Below are positions 38,190-47,719 of a stretch of 64,000 nucleotides of DNA, piece after piece (positions within the stretch are counted from its first letter, which is position 1; each line of letters starts with the position of its first letter). The notes below the pieces were generated by a model. The model was not told the DNA's origin. It saw nothing but the letters and a program-made list of their open reading frames with translations, and ran no database searches. Both the position numbers and the translations under genes were made by a program. This DNA comes from Waddliaceae bacterium (lineage in GTDB: Bacteria > Chlamydiota > Chlamydiia > Chlamydiales > SLFE01): assembly GCA_963783885.1 (NCBI GenBank), contig CAWAPJ010000010.1, positions 1 through 64,000 on the forward strand. Direction: 5' to 3'.

Positions 38190-39641
38190 ATGGCAGATGC
38201 AGACATCGGACTTATCGGTCTTGCCGTTATGGGGCAAAACCTTGTCCTGAATATGAATGATCATGGGTATACTGTGGCGGTTTTTAACCGCACGGTGTCT
38301 AAAGTCGACGACTTTCTGAATGGTCCCGCCAAAGGGACAAAGATTATTGGAACCCACGACCTAAAAGAATTTATCTCCAAACTGAAAAGACCTCGCAAAG
38401 TGATGCTTATGGTGAAGGCCGGACAGGCAGTCGACGCTTTTATCGACAAAGTTGTCCCCTTGCTAGACAAAGGCGATATCATCATCGACGGCGGCAACAG
38501 CCGTTTTACCGACACCAACCGCCGAACCGAAGATCTCAAGAAAAAAGGAATCCTCTTTGTCGGCACCGGAATATCCGGAGGGGAGGAGGGCGCCCGCCAC
38601 GGACCTTCGATCATGCCGGGGGGAAATCCCGATGCCTGGCCGCATGTTAAAGAAATTTTGCAGTCGATAGCGGCAAAAGCAGGCACTGGAGAGCCCTGCT
38701 GCGATTGGGTCGGCGAAAACGGTGCCGGACACTATGTCAAGATGATTCACAACGGAATCGAGTACGGAGATATTCAAATTATTTGCGAAGCTTATCAGCT
38801 TCTCCACCAGGGACTGGGGCTGACAGCCGATGAGCTGCATGAGATTTTTACCAATTGGAACGAGGGTGTTTTGAGCAGTTATCTGATCGAAATCGCCAGC
38901 CATATATTTACGCATATGGATCAGGACGGCAGACCCCTTGTGGATAAAATCCTTGATGTCGCCGGGCAAAAGGGGACAGGAAAGTGGGCCTGCATCGATG
39001 CGCTTGAACTCGGATTTCCTCTGACGCTGATCTCCGAGGCGGTCTTTGCCCGCTGCCTTTCCGCCATGAAGGAGGAAAGGGTCAACGCAAGCAGTATCCT
39101 GAAAGGACCCGATTCGCTTTTTGCCGGCAATCAAAAAGAATTCATCAATGATCTTATGCAGGCGTTGTATGCTTCGAAAATCGTCAGCTACGCGCAAGGG
39201 TTTATGCAGATGCGCGAAGCGTCTAAAGAGTATAACTGGAACATCAATTACGGAAGCGTTGCTTTGATGTGGCGTGAAGGCTGCATCATTCGAAGCAAAT
39301 TTTTGGGAAATATCAAAGAAGCTTATGATAAGAACCCAAAACTCGACAGTTTGCTGCTCGACAATTTTTTTCATGACGCGATTTCCAAAGCGCAGGAAGG
39401 TTGGAGGCGGGTTGTGATCAAAGCGATAGAGCTCGGGGTCCCAACACCTGCGTTTAGCACAGCTCTGGCTTTTTACGACGGGTATAGAACCTCGAGGCTT
39501 CCAGCTAATCTGCTTCAGGCTTTAAGAGATTATTTTGGCGCCCATACGTACGAGCGGGTGGACCAGCCGCGAGGAAAATTTTTCCATACAAACTGGACAG
39601 GAACCGGAGGCAAAGTCAGCGCAACATCATATAATGTTTAA
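38190..39641 (+). CDS. gnd: 6-phosphogluconate dehydrogenase, decarboxylating
   Basis: IGLAVMG, GAGHYVKMIHNGIEYG, GQKGTG, RDYFGAHTY. Confidence 0.97.
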   Translation: MADADIGLIGLAVMGQNLVLNMNDHGYTVAVFNRTVSKVDDFLNGPAKGTKIIGTHDLKEFISKLKRPRKVMLMVKAGQAVDAFIDKVVPLLDKGDIIIDGGNSRFTDTNRRTEDLKKKGILFVGTGISGGEEGARHGPSIMPGGNPDAWPHVKEILQSIAAKAGTGEPCCDWVGENGAGHYVKMIHNGIEYGDIQIICEAYQLLHQGLGLTADELHEIFTNWNEGVLSSYLIEIASHIFTHMDQDGRPLVDKILDVAGQKGTGKWACIDALELGFPLTLISEAVFARCLSAMKEERVNASSILKGPDSLFAGNQKEFINDLMQALYASKIVSYAQGFMQMREASKEYNWNINYGSVALMWREGCIIRSKFLGNIKEAYDKNPKLDSLLLDNFFHDAISKAQEGWRRVVIKAIELGVPTPAFSTALAFYDGYRTSRLPANLLQALRDYFGAHTYERVDQPRGKFFHTNWTGTGGKVSATSYNV

Positions 39642-39654
39642 GGAATGAAAAATT

Positions 39655-39677
39655 GGCGGGCCGCATGAAGGCCCGCC
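39655..39677. terminator. GC-rich hairpin between gnd and the permease
   Basis: GGCGGGCC-GCATGAA-GGCCCGCC; no U-tract on the + strand. Confidence 0.45.
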
Positions 39678-39687
39678 GCCTAGCACT

Positions 39688-41943
39688 ATGAATTTACTCG
39701 GAAAAATATCAAATCTGTTCTCTTCCAATCAAGAAAACGAAGGCGACGAAAAGGGATTCGGCACACTCATGGGCGTGTTTATCCCGAACATTACCTTCAT
39801 GTTCGGGGTCATCATTTTCCTCCGCCTTGGAGTGGTTGTCGGAACAGTCGGCCCCTGGTGGATGGCGGCTATTTTGTTTCTTTCCGCCGTCATCATGATT
39901 TTGACTTCCCTTTCGATCACTGCCATCGTGACAAACATGAAAGTAGGAACGGGAGGGGTATATTATATTATCTCCCGATCGGTTGGCATTGAAATCGGCG
40001 GAGCCATCGGTTTTGCTCTGTATGCCGCCCAAATCTGTTCGATTTCCCTATGCGTCAGCGGCTTTGCCTATTCTCTCCAGGACTTTATGGGCAATATCAA
40101 CATTTTTTTAGTCGAAGTGATCACGATAGCCCTTTTAGCTTTGCTGACTTTAGTCTCAACCTCTTCGGCTCTGAAAACGCAGCTGTTGATTTTTGTGATT
40201 CTCATTTTGGCAGTCATTTCCATTTTATTCGGCAGCTCCGAGAATCTCCCCGAAGCCACTTTGCCGGCATTTTATATCGGGGGGCTTGGATTCTGGGCGG
40301 CATTTTCAATAATTTACCCCGCTATGACAGGAATCGAGGCTGGTATGGCGATGTCGGGAAACTTAAAAAATCCTTCCCGGTCTCTTCCGATCGGCAATAT
40401 CACATCGCTGCTCTTTGCGGGTGCCACCTATCTCATTCTGGCGATTTTTCTCTATCGCAACATACCGACAGATATTTTGGCCTCCGACCCTTTTGCTGTG
40501 ATCGACTTTGCGAGGTGGAGATCTTTGATTTTGCTCGGAATCTGGGGAGCAACCCTCTCGAGTGCATTGGGATGTCTTCTTGGGGCTCCCAGAATGCTTC
40601 AGAGTTTTGCAGAAGACGGCATTATACCCGAAATATTTTCACAGACCTTTGGCAAGCATGGCGAACCGAGATATTCCATATTGCTTACTTTTCTTTTATC
40701 TTTAATTCTCCTCATGTCGACGACAATCGATCAGATCATCCCGATATTGGCGATGATATGCCTGATTTCCTATGGAACGCTCAATTCCGTGGCTCTGTTT
40801 GCAGAAATTATCAACAGCCCCAGCTGGCGTCCTGCAGTCAGAGTTCACTGGCTGGTTTCTTTTCTAGGGGCGCTGCTTTGTCTTTTTGTTATGTTCATGA
40901 TCGATTCCGGCTGGGCCTTTACGGCAATCATACTCGTGATTGCCATTTATCTTGTCATTTCAAGAAAACAGGTGCCGGTCAGCTTTCAGGATTTTAGGGA
41001 AAGTTTGATTTTCTTTGTCTCCCGTCTGGCCCTATACCGCCTTTCGGATTCCATCACCCATGCGATTCACTGGCATCCCCAGCTTCTGGTATTCACAAGT
41101 GCACCCGTCCAGCAGGAAAAGATGATACGGCTTGTTCATTCTCTTACTAAGCGAAGCGGTATTTTGACCTATTCGGCAGTCCTCACAGCACCGCATTTTG
41201 AAGATGAGTATCAGATCAATACATTGAAAAATTCCTTAGACGAGTATTTTAGAAAAATTGGACTGACCTGTCTGACTGTCGTTCAGTCCTATCCGACAAT
41301 CCAGGAAGGGATTATCAATCAGATTAAATCCTTTGGAATCGGACCCATTGCTCCGAACACCATTGTCCTTGGGCTTTCTCAATTCGAATCGGAAACAGTC
41401 AACTATGTAGAAATTCTCGATACCGCAAAAATTGACAAAAAGAACGTATTGATTTTTTCTTCCGGGGGAAAAGAAATTTCCGACAACATTTTTGCAAAGC
41501 GGCTAAGAAAAATGAGAAAAGAGATCGATATTTGGTGGGACGGATCCTATCGGAATAACTTTGAACTGATGCTCTCTTACACCACAACTTTGACTGACGG
41601 CATAATATGGGGAAATACCGATGTGACCTTGAAAAGTGTTGTCTCGGATGAAGGTGCCAAGGAAAATCTCGAAACCTACTTTCGCGACTATTTAACCGAA
41701 AGTCGGTTGAAATTCGGCCTTGAGATTTATGTCGAACCGGGATCTCAGGATTTTCTTCCCTATATTTCCAAGCACTCCTATGATTCTCATTTGACCTTTG
41801 TCGGCCTTCCCCAATCGGAGACCGAAGAAGAGACCTCCCGTCATATTGCTCAAATCAAAGAACAGCTCGAAACCATGGGTCCTGTCGCCCTCGTCGCCTG
41901 TTTTGACAACATCGACCACAAAGAAATCTACGATAAAAGATAA
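39688..41943 (+). CDS. Cation-chloride cotransporter (SLC12)-like APC permease
   Basis: FGTLMGVFIP, GVIIFLR, GGVYYIISRS, YPAMTGI, NPSRSLP, APRMLQ, SPSWRP, WHPQLLV, IDIWW; large C-terminal domain. Confidence 0.82.
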   Translation: MNLLGKISNLFSSNQENEGDEKGFGTLMGVFIPNITFMFGVIIFLRLGVVVGTVGPWWMAAILFLSAVIMILTSLSITAIVTNMKVGTGGVYYIISRSVGIEIGGAIGFALYAAQICSISLCVSGFAYSLQDFMGNINIFLVEVITIALLALLTLVSTSSALKTQLLIFVILILAVISILFGSSENLPEATLPAFYIGGLGFWAAFSIIYPAMTGIEAGMAMSGNLKNPSRSLPIGNITSLLFAGATYLILAIFLYRNIPTDILASDPFAVIDFARWRSLILLGIWGATLSSALGCLLGAPRMLQSFAEDGIIPEIFSQTFGKHGEPRYSILLTFLLSLILLMSTTIDQIIPILAMICLISYGTLNSVALFAEIINSPSWRPAVRVHWLVSFLGALLCLFVMFMIDSGWAFTAIILVIAIYLVISRKQVPVSFQDFRESLIFFVSRLALYRLSDSITHAIHWHPQLLVFTSAPVQQEKMIRLVHSLTKRSGILTYSAVLTAPHFEDEYQINTLKNSLDEYFRKIGLTCLTVVQSYPTIQEGIINQIKSFGIGPIAPNTIVLGLSQFESETVNYVEILDTAKIDKKNVLIFSSGGKEISDNIFAKRLRKMRKEIDIWWDGSYRNNFELMLSYTTTLTDGIIWGNTDVTLKSVVSDEGAKENLETYFRDYLTESRLKFGLEIYVEPGSQDFLPYISKHSYDSHLTFVGLPQSETEEETSRHIAQIKEQLETMGPVALVACFDNIDHKEIYDKR

Positions 41944-42015
41944 AGGTTTCAATAAGGTTGAAATTTTTCCACTATTTTTATTAAATAATGAGGAAATTTA
42001 AAGGCCGAAGGATCG

Positions 42016-42690
42016 ATGTTTAAGTATTTTTTCTTTTGTATGATTTTTTTGGTTGGAGCTATGCTCAACTATGATCTATTAAATGGTGAGTCAAATTTTC
42101 TTCTTATCACAGGTTGTGGAAGAAGTGGGACTTCCTATATGACAAAATTTCTCAAAAAGTCAGGTGTCCGTGTTGAACATGAAAAACCGGGAGAAGATGG
42201 CTGTGTCTCATGGCCAATGTCGGTTAATTATTACTCTCCTTGGGGCCCTAATGCAGGGAATATCGAATTCATACATGTTTTTCACCAAGTACGAAACCCT
42301 TTGCATGTAATTACCTCTTTTTATACTAATTTACCCTCATTAGATAGAGATGAATGGGAATTTATTAGAAAACATGTTCCTGAAATCTCGCGGGAAGATT
42401 CTTTGCTTCTCCACTGTGCCAAATATTGGTACTATTGGAACCTGAAAGCAGAAAAAATTTCACATATGCGCTACCAGATCGAAAATCTAGAACAAACGCT
42501 TCCTGAAATTGCAAAGTTAACAGGTCTGAAGCTAGATCCGGAGTTATTGAAAAAATTAGCCATTAACGAAAATTCTTGGTTGCCAACGCCTGATAAAATC
42601 ACTTGGAAAGAACTGAAATCCGAACTTCCCAATGAGTTGTTTGAAAACATTCAGTCAATGAGTGAACGGTACGGTTATCCTTGTTTCTGA
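42016..42690 (+). CDS. Sulfotransferase-like P-loop protein
   Basis: ITGCGRSGTS, HE and VRNPLHVITS motifs; N-terminal hydrophobic signal. Confidence 0.7.
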   Translation: MFKYFFFCMIFLVGAMLNYDLLNGESNFLLITGCGRSGTSYMTKFLKKSGVRVEHEKPGEDGCVSWPMSVNYYSPWGPNAGNIEFIHVFHQVRNPLHVITSFYTNLPSLDRDEWEFIRKHVPEISREDSLLLHCAKYWYYWNLKAEKISHMRYQIENLEQTLPEIAKLTGLKLDPELLKKLAINENSWLPTPDKITWKELKSELPNELFENIQSMSERYGYPCF

Positions 42691-42730
42691 CTTTTGCTAA
42701 CATTAAATGTTTTGCATTAGCCAGGATTTC

Positions 42731-43450
42731 TCATATGCTTTTTCGTTTAAATAAATAATCATTATGCGTTCCATCCCAGATACTATTATCTGTAATATTG
42801 TAATTTGAAAAGTTTTCAGTTAATTCATATCCAAAATTGTCTAAGAGATTAACAATATCATCGAACTGATGAATTTGAATTTCCACCAACAAGTAATCAA
42901 AAACAGTTTTATCAAAATCAATACCTAATAGCACATTAAGTTCATAACCTTCGACATCTAAACTAAAGAAATTAATGTGATGAATTCCAACCTCGTCAAG
43001 GATAGACTGCAAGCTTCTGACGAGTACTTTTTGATCTGCTTCTTGATTCAGTCGCATGCCATTTACACTTGACATAAGACCTCCGTTAAAATCTCCCCAT
43101 ATATACGTATTATCTTCTTCAAATGATCCAAGAGCGCATTCAAAGCAGAGAGAGTTTGGTCGGTTTCGGCATAAATCTTCAAATAAATTGGGGGAAGGTT
43201 CAACTAAAATGCCTCTCCAACCGTAACATTCTTCTAAAAGTTTTGTGTTTGATTGAATAATTCCATCATTGGCTCCAACTTCAATAAAGATGCCATTTTT
43301 TAAATCCATTATTTTTACAAGCTTTTGATCGAGAGGAATTCCTAGATTATCCGTTAGAGAATAACTAGTTTCATGTTCAGAATAAAAATAAAAATTTGAT
43401 AAAAAAATAATATAAAATAAAAAAAGATTAATATTTGATAGGAATGGCAA
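42731..43450 (-). CDS. FkbM family methyltransferase
   Basis: FIEVGANDG...SNT, WRGILVEP, SLDVEGYE. Confidence 0.88.
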   Translation of the reverse strand: MPFLSNINLFLFYIIFLSNFYFYSEHETSYSLTDNLGIPLDQKLVKIMDLKNGIFIEVGANDGIIQSNTKLLEECYGWRGILVEPSPNLFEDLCRNRPNSLCFECALGSFEEDNTYIWGDFNGGLMSSVNGMRLNQEADQKVLVRSLQSILDEVGIHHINFFSLDVEGYELNVLLGIDFDKTVFDYLLVEIQIHQFDDIVNLLDNFGYELTENFSNYNITDNSIWDGTHNDYLFKRKSI

Positions 43451-43472
43451 TTTAATGTTCCTTTATATTTTA

Positions 43473-43812
43473 GTAAGCATTTTGCAATCTACTTTCCTGG
43501 ACAACTTGCCGGATCTTTGGTTTGCATCGCCCGGCTGCATCTGCAATCCACCTGAAGAGGTTGCCTGTATCGAGCGTCTTGGAGCCCTTTAGCCGAGCTA
43601 TATTCTCCAGGGAAGTAGATTACCGTTAAAAGAGTATGAAAATGTTTGTCTAATGGCAAATTTCGGCAAACAAGCTTATAAATCGGTTATTTTCTTAAAT
43701 TTTATAATTCTTTTTTTAAATGAAACATTTACATCTGTCAAGGAAAAGGGGGGACTGCATCAAGTGTTTTCCAGCACTTTGCCCGCGCTGCGTTTTCCAA
43801 GAATGTAGATTT
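43473..43812 (+). repeat. Cluster of decayed MITEs (A 43473-43625, B right half about 43627-43690, A fragment about 43772-43811)
   Basis: GTAAGCATTTTGCAATCTACTTTCCTGGA...TCCAGGGAAGTAGATTACCG; AAAGAGTATG...AATGGCAAATTTCGGCAAA...AAATCGGTT; GCCCGCGCTGCGTTTTCCA. Confidence 0.7.
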
Positions 43813-44808
43813 TTAAGGCTCAAGAATAATATCGGCAATTAAAGGCATGTGATCCGACGGGAAAAGGCCATTCACCTGACCCGGGTTCACTGCATGCAAA
43901 AGCACTTTTACCTCTTTGGAGACAAAAATATGGTCTAAAAAGACGCCGGGAGTTCCCAAGCCTTTGAATGGCTCGGTTCCCGTTTCATCATTTGTAAACG
44001 TTGAAAGGGGGCCGATGTGTCCGAGAAGCGAGGCTTCTTTTGCGTTTACCAGAAGGTCTGCTTTGAGGATTTTTTGAATATAGTCTCCGTCATAGAAAGG
44101 GAGCTTCTCTAAATCGGGGCGGTTTGGAAATGTGTTCAAATCCCCGGTCAAAACAAGAGGACCGTTGTGGGTTTGGCTGAGGATTTCCTGTATCATTTCG
44201 GCTTGCTGCTCTCTTTTGGCGATGTTAGAGAAAGCCAGATGGACGTTCAAGACAGAAAGAGCCTTCCCATTGACCTTGTCGACAAGCTGAATCATCGTCA
44301 AAGTCGATGCGCTGGTGTTTTCAGGATTCGTTTTCGACAAGTGCCAGATGCGGCTATTATCAAGAATAAACCGCTCTTTCTTGTAAAAAAGGCCGTTAAT
44401 TTCTCCATCCTTGCAAGGGGAGCCGAAGAATTCATATTTCTCCGATAGGGCCTCCATAAGATCGTCTAATTGATTGCCGTAAAGCTCCTGAACTCCTACA
44501 ATATCGGCGTCCATATCGTCAAACATGTCGATCACTCTTGCGCACCGGTTCGGCCAGCGGTTCTCTTCATCGAGGTTGTGATCGTAGAGATCGAACAGAA
44601 CATTGAAGCTGACGATTCGTATGCGTTCATCCAGAAGCTCAAGATTTTCTCTGATCTCAATTCTCTGGCCGGGGGCATATTTGTCCAAGTCTATCCCTTC
44701 CAGACGTTCTATTTTTTCCATTAAGGGAACAATGGAATTTTGAGAGGCAGTAAGAGAGGCCGCAAATGCAATTAAGAAAGAAATTAGTAAAAAATATTTT
44801 AATTTCAT
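43813..44808 (-). CDS. Exported endonuclease/exonuclease/phosphatase family protein
   Basis: Signal peptide; SFNV, GVQE, GDLN, LDHIF, SDH. Confidence 0.88.
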   Translation of the reverse strand: MKLKYFLLISFLIAFAASLTASQNSIVPLMEKIERLEGIDLDKYAPGQRIEIRENLELLDERIRIVSFNVLFDLYDHNLDEENRWPNRCARVIDMFDDMDADIVGVQELYGNQLDDLMEALSEKYEFFGSPCKDGEINGLFYKKERFILDNSRIWHLSKTNPENTSASTLTMIQLVDKVNGKALSVLNVHLAFSNIAKREQQAEMIQEILSQTHNGPLVLTGDLNTFPNRPDLEKLPFYDGDYIQKILKADLLVNAKEASLLGHIGPLSTFTNDETGTEPFKGLGTPGVFLDHIFVSKEVKVLLHAVNPGQVNGLFPSDHMPLIADIILEP

Positions 44809-44870
44809 CTCTTCTCTTTTTTAATTAAATTGAATTATAAAATTGGAATATTAAATTTTAATAAATTTTA

Positions 44871-46121
44871 CTAACAAAGAAGCCGCCAAGCGGGTACAGC
44901 CCAAGTATTGTCCTCAGATAATCTCTCAATACTGGATCCATTATAGACGATGAGCGACCCAAGCCAGTTTCTGTTAAATCTTTTTTTGATTTCTCTTAAA
45001 GATGTCAGATCTTTTGGATAAATTTTGTCTCTCAGTTTAATCTCAACTCCTATGAATCCTCCGGGGGTTTCCAATAGTAGATCACACTCCAAACCACTAT
45101 GAGTTCTATAAAAGGAAAGTGGTATATCTTTTTCATTTGTCTTGATCCATTTATAAATTTCCGATATAACCATGGTCTCAAAATAACTGCCTGTCGCCGG
45201 CCCCCAGTGGCCCGTAGCTTGTCTAAGCATTCCAATATCAAGCCAATAGACTTTTGGAGTTTTTATCAACGAAGTGGTGGAATTCTTATAGAAAGGCTGC
45301 AAAAAGAAAGTCTGATAAGATAATCTCAAATATTCAAAATATCTTCTAGAGGTGTCTACACTGATAGAAGCGTCTCTGGCAAGTTCGGAATAGCTGAGAA
45401 GCTGACCGCTCCTCAATGCGGCTAATATCTGAAATTTTCGAAAAGGTTCTAAATCATGAATTCTTGCTAAATCAACTAAATCTCTTTCAAGATAAGTATA
45501 TTCATAATCCTTCAGCCATTTTTTCTTCTCATCCTGGGAGGCAATTGTGAAAAGAGCCGGCATCCCTCCCCATTGTAGGATGTAATCAGCAGCTTGCAGT
45601 CTACCTTGTTCCTGCTGACCAAATAAAACTCCCGGGATCTCGCTAAGCACCTTATCAAGAGGGGCGCCTGAAAGAAAAGAATCAAGCAGCGGCGCTTCAA
45701 GATTCTTTTCAGGATTGATTTCTGAAATCATAAAAGGGAACAGCTCGTATAAGGAAACTCTGCCCGCTAGCGATTCTCTGACTTTTTTCAGGAGCATGAG
45801 CTGTGAAGACCCTAACAAAACAGAAAATTTAAGTGTTTTATCATCGAAGCAGTATTTAATTTTTTCCAGGATTCCGGGTTCTTTCTGAACTTCATCCAAG
45901 ATAGCTTCCCCAACATCTCTCACCCAGGAACTTGTGGAAATCTTCCTCATTTTTCCTCGAATTTCGGGTGCATCAAGATTAAAATATTGGAGAGAGGAGT
46001 ATTGGTTTCTTGCGATTGTTGTTTTTCCTGTTTGTCTTGCGCCGGTAATCAAAGTGAGCTTGTTTTGATCAATCCCAGGAAGTTTTTTCTCTAAATGCCT
46101 GTGTTTATAGCGGTTTTCCAT
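44871..46121 (-). CDS. AAA_14-type ATPase with DUF4143 and C-terminal PD-(D/E)XK-like domain
   Basis: GARQTGKT, LDEVQ, ESLAGR, GGMP, KTPKVYWLDIG, FYRT...ECD...EIK. Confidence 0.88.
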   Translation of the reverse strand: MENRYKHRHLEKKLPGIDQNKLTLITGARQTGKTTIARNQYSSLQYFNLDAPEIRGKMRKISTSSWVRDVGEAILDEVQKEPGILEKIKYCFDDKTLKFSVLLGSSQLMLLKKVRESLAGRVSLYELFPFMISEINPEKNLEAPLLDSFLSGAPLDKVLSEIPGVLFGQQEQGRLQAADYILQWGGMPALFTIASQDEKKKWLKDYEYTYLERDLVDLARIHDLEPFRKFQILAALRSGQLLSYSELARDASISVDTSRRYFEYLRLSYQTFFLQPFYKNSTTSLIKTPKVYWLDIGMLRQATGHWGPATGSYFETMVISEIYKWIKTNEKDIPLSFYRTHSGLECDLLLETPGGFIGVEIKLRDKIYPKDLTSLREIKKRFNRNWLGSLIVYNGSSIERLSEDNTWAVPAWRLLC

Positions 46122-46130
46122 TATAAACTG

Positions 46131-46189
46131 ATTTTACGATGGCATCGTAAGATTTGCAAGAAAATTTACGATACCATCGTAAATTTTCT
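46131..46189 (-). promoter_or_regulatory. Sigma70-type promoter with two palindromic operators
   Basis: TTGCAA-17 bp-TAAAAT on the minus strand; TTACGAT-N3-ATCGTAA twice (one in the spacer, one upstream of -35). Confidence 0.7.
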
Positions 46190-46190
46190 A

Positions 46191-46871
46191 TTAGATCTGC
46201 CGTTTTTGGCGATCTTTGCACTCTAAGACTTTATAAACGACTTCCTCGGGGGTGAGGTCGGAGGTGTCTATGATATGGGCATCTTCCGCTTGTTTCAGCG
46301 GAGATACTTTTCTTGTTGAGTCGTAATGGTCCCGTCTGTTGATCTGCTCGAGAACTTTCTCCATAGTGAGTTCGTCTGCTGTTTCGGGAAATTTTTGTTT
46401 GAGTTCATCCATCCGTCTTTGGGCTCTTACTTCCGGACGGCCCTTTAAAAAGATTTTCAGGTCGGCGTTGGGAAAGACGACCGTCCCCATATCGCGGCCC
46501 TCGAAAACGGAATTGACCCCTCTTGCCAGCTCGCGCTGAATGGAAACCAGTTTTTCTCGAACTTGCGGGATCGCTGCCACTTCAGAAACTTTGGAGGTGA
46601 CTTCATCGCCCCGAATCACATTGGTGACATTTTCCTCGCAGACATAATAGCATTTTTCTCCTCGTCTGATCTTCATGTCAAATTCAAACTTGTCGAGAAA
46701 TTCTTGAAGCTTTACGGGATCGTCCAAAGGAACATTTTGTTTGATGATTCCATAGGTGGCGCATCTGTACATGGCGCCCGTATCGAAAAAAATATAGCCT
46801 AAAGCATCCGCAACTTTTTTGGCGACAGTGCTTTTTCCTGTTGCGACTGAACCGTCTATTGTAATAATCAT
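46191..46871 (-). CDS. cmk: Cytidylate kinase
   Basis: ITIDG..ATGKST, DTGAMYR, EGRDMGTVVFP. Confidence 0.95.
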   Translation of the reverse strand: MIITIDGSVATGKSTVAKKVADALGYIFFDTGAMYRCATYGIIKQNVPLDDPVKLQEFLDKFEFDMKIRRGEKCYYVCEENVTNVIRGDEVTSKVSEVAAIPQVREKLVSIQRELARGVNSVFEGRDMGTVVFPNADLKIFLKGRPEVRAQRRMDELKQKFPETADELTMEKVLEQINRRDHYDSTRKVSPLKQAEDAHIIDTSDLTPEEVVYKVLECKDRQKRQI

Positions 46872-47719
46872 ATTGCTAACATCCTAACATAACCATACAC
46901 GAGTGGGAGAGTAAAAACAAGGGAATCAAAAATATCAAGCAGTCCTCCAAGTCCGGGTAGCTGGCTGCTGTCTTTTACCTTGGCATCCCTCTTGAGAAGC
47001 GATTCCGAAAGGTCCCCCAGTTGAGAGAGGACAGCGATAATCAATCCGAGAGTTAAAGAGGAAACAACACCGATGTCGAGTGCGCGGCTTCCCGAAACCG
47101 TGGCAGCGATAAAGGGGAGGGAGGCGCTGGTCCCGAGGGCAAGTAAAAATCCGCACAAGGTTCCTTCGACGGTTTTATTCGGGCTGACAAAGGGGGCAAG
47201 GGGTTTTCTTCCAAAGAATTTTCCGCCGAAATAGGCTCCGGTATCATACATTTTGCTTACGGCAATCGCAAAGACGACCCACCATCTGCCGTCCCCGCCG
47301 GCGTTTGGAGGGAAATAATAGGTGATGAGCAAAATGCAGCTGAGAGGGACAGCCAGGTAAAAAATCCCAAAAAAAGTGATGGAAAGATTGACGAAAGGGT
47401 TCTCTCCTTTAAGCAGAAAGAGGCAAAAGGCGAAAAGAAGGGAAAGTATCACGATCAGGTATGGCAAAAAACAAAAAGGTGGGGCTTGAGTTGCTGTAAA
47501 AACTGCAAGAGCGTAGGCAAATCCGGTCGCCATTCCGAGCTGCGTCAGCGGCTTGTGCCCTTTAAACGCGGCCAGCCGATAGAATTCCCAAAGGACAACG
47601 GCTGTTAAACAAGAAAAGCCAAGAGCAAAAAATGGCATGAATGCCGGCCATGTGGAGAAAAAGATCGCAATGCCAGCGGCAATCACCAGAATGGTTCCAA
47701 TCGCGACTCTTTGCAGCAT
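46868..47719 (-). CDS. cdsA: Phosphatidate cytidylyltransferase
   Basis: DTGAYF, SPNKTVEG, GDLSESLLKR...KDS...PGLGG.LD. Confidence 0.94.
   Translation of the reverse strand: MLQRVAIGTILVIAAGIAIFFSTWPAFMPFFALGFSCLTAVVLWEFYRLAAFKGHKPLTQLGMATGFAYALAVFTATQAPPFCFLPYLIVILSLLFAFCLFLLKGENPFVNLSITFFGIFYLAVPLSCILLITYYFPPNAGGDGRWWVVFAIAVSKMYDTGAYFGGKFFGRKPLAPFVSPNKTVEGTLCGFLLALGTSASLPFIAATVSGSRALDIGVVSSLTLGLIIAVLSQLGDLSESLLKRDAKVKDSSQLPGLGGLLDIFDSLVFTLPLVYGYVRMLAI

Noticed and set aside
38463-39374. 303-aa minus-strand ORF
   Set aside because: It is an antisense shadow of gnd.
42717-42736. TTAG-CCAGGATTTCTCA (also CTAG-CCTGGATTTCTCAC near 51574) resembling a MITE E end
   Set aside because: Too short and no partner arm was found; it may be a remnant but cannot be supported.
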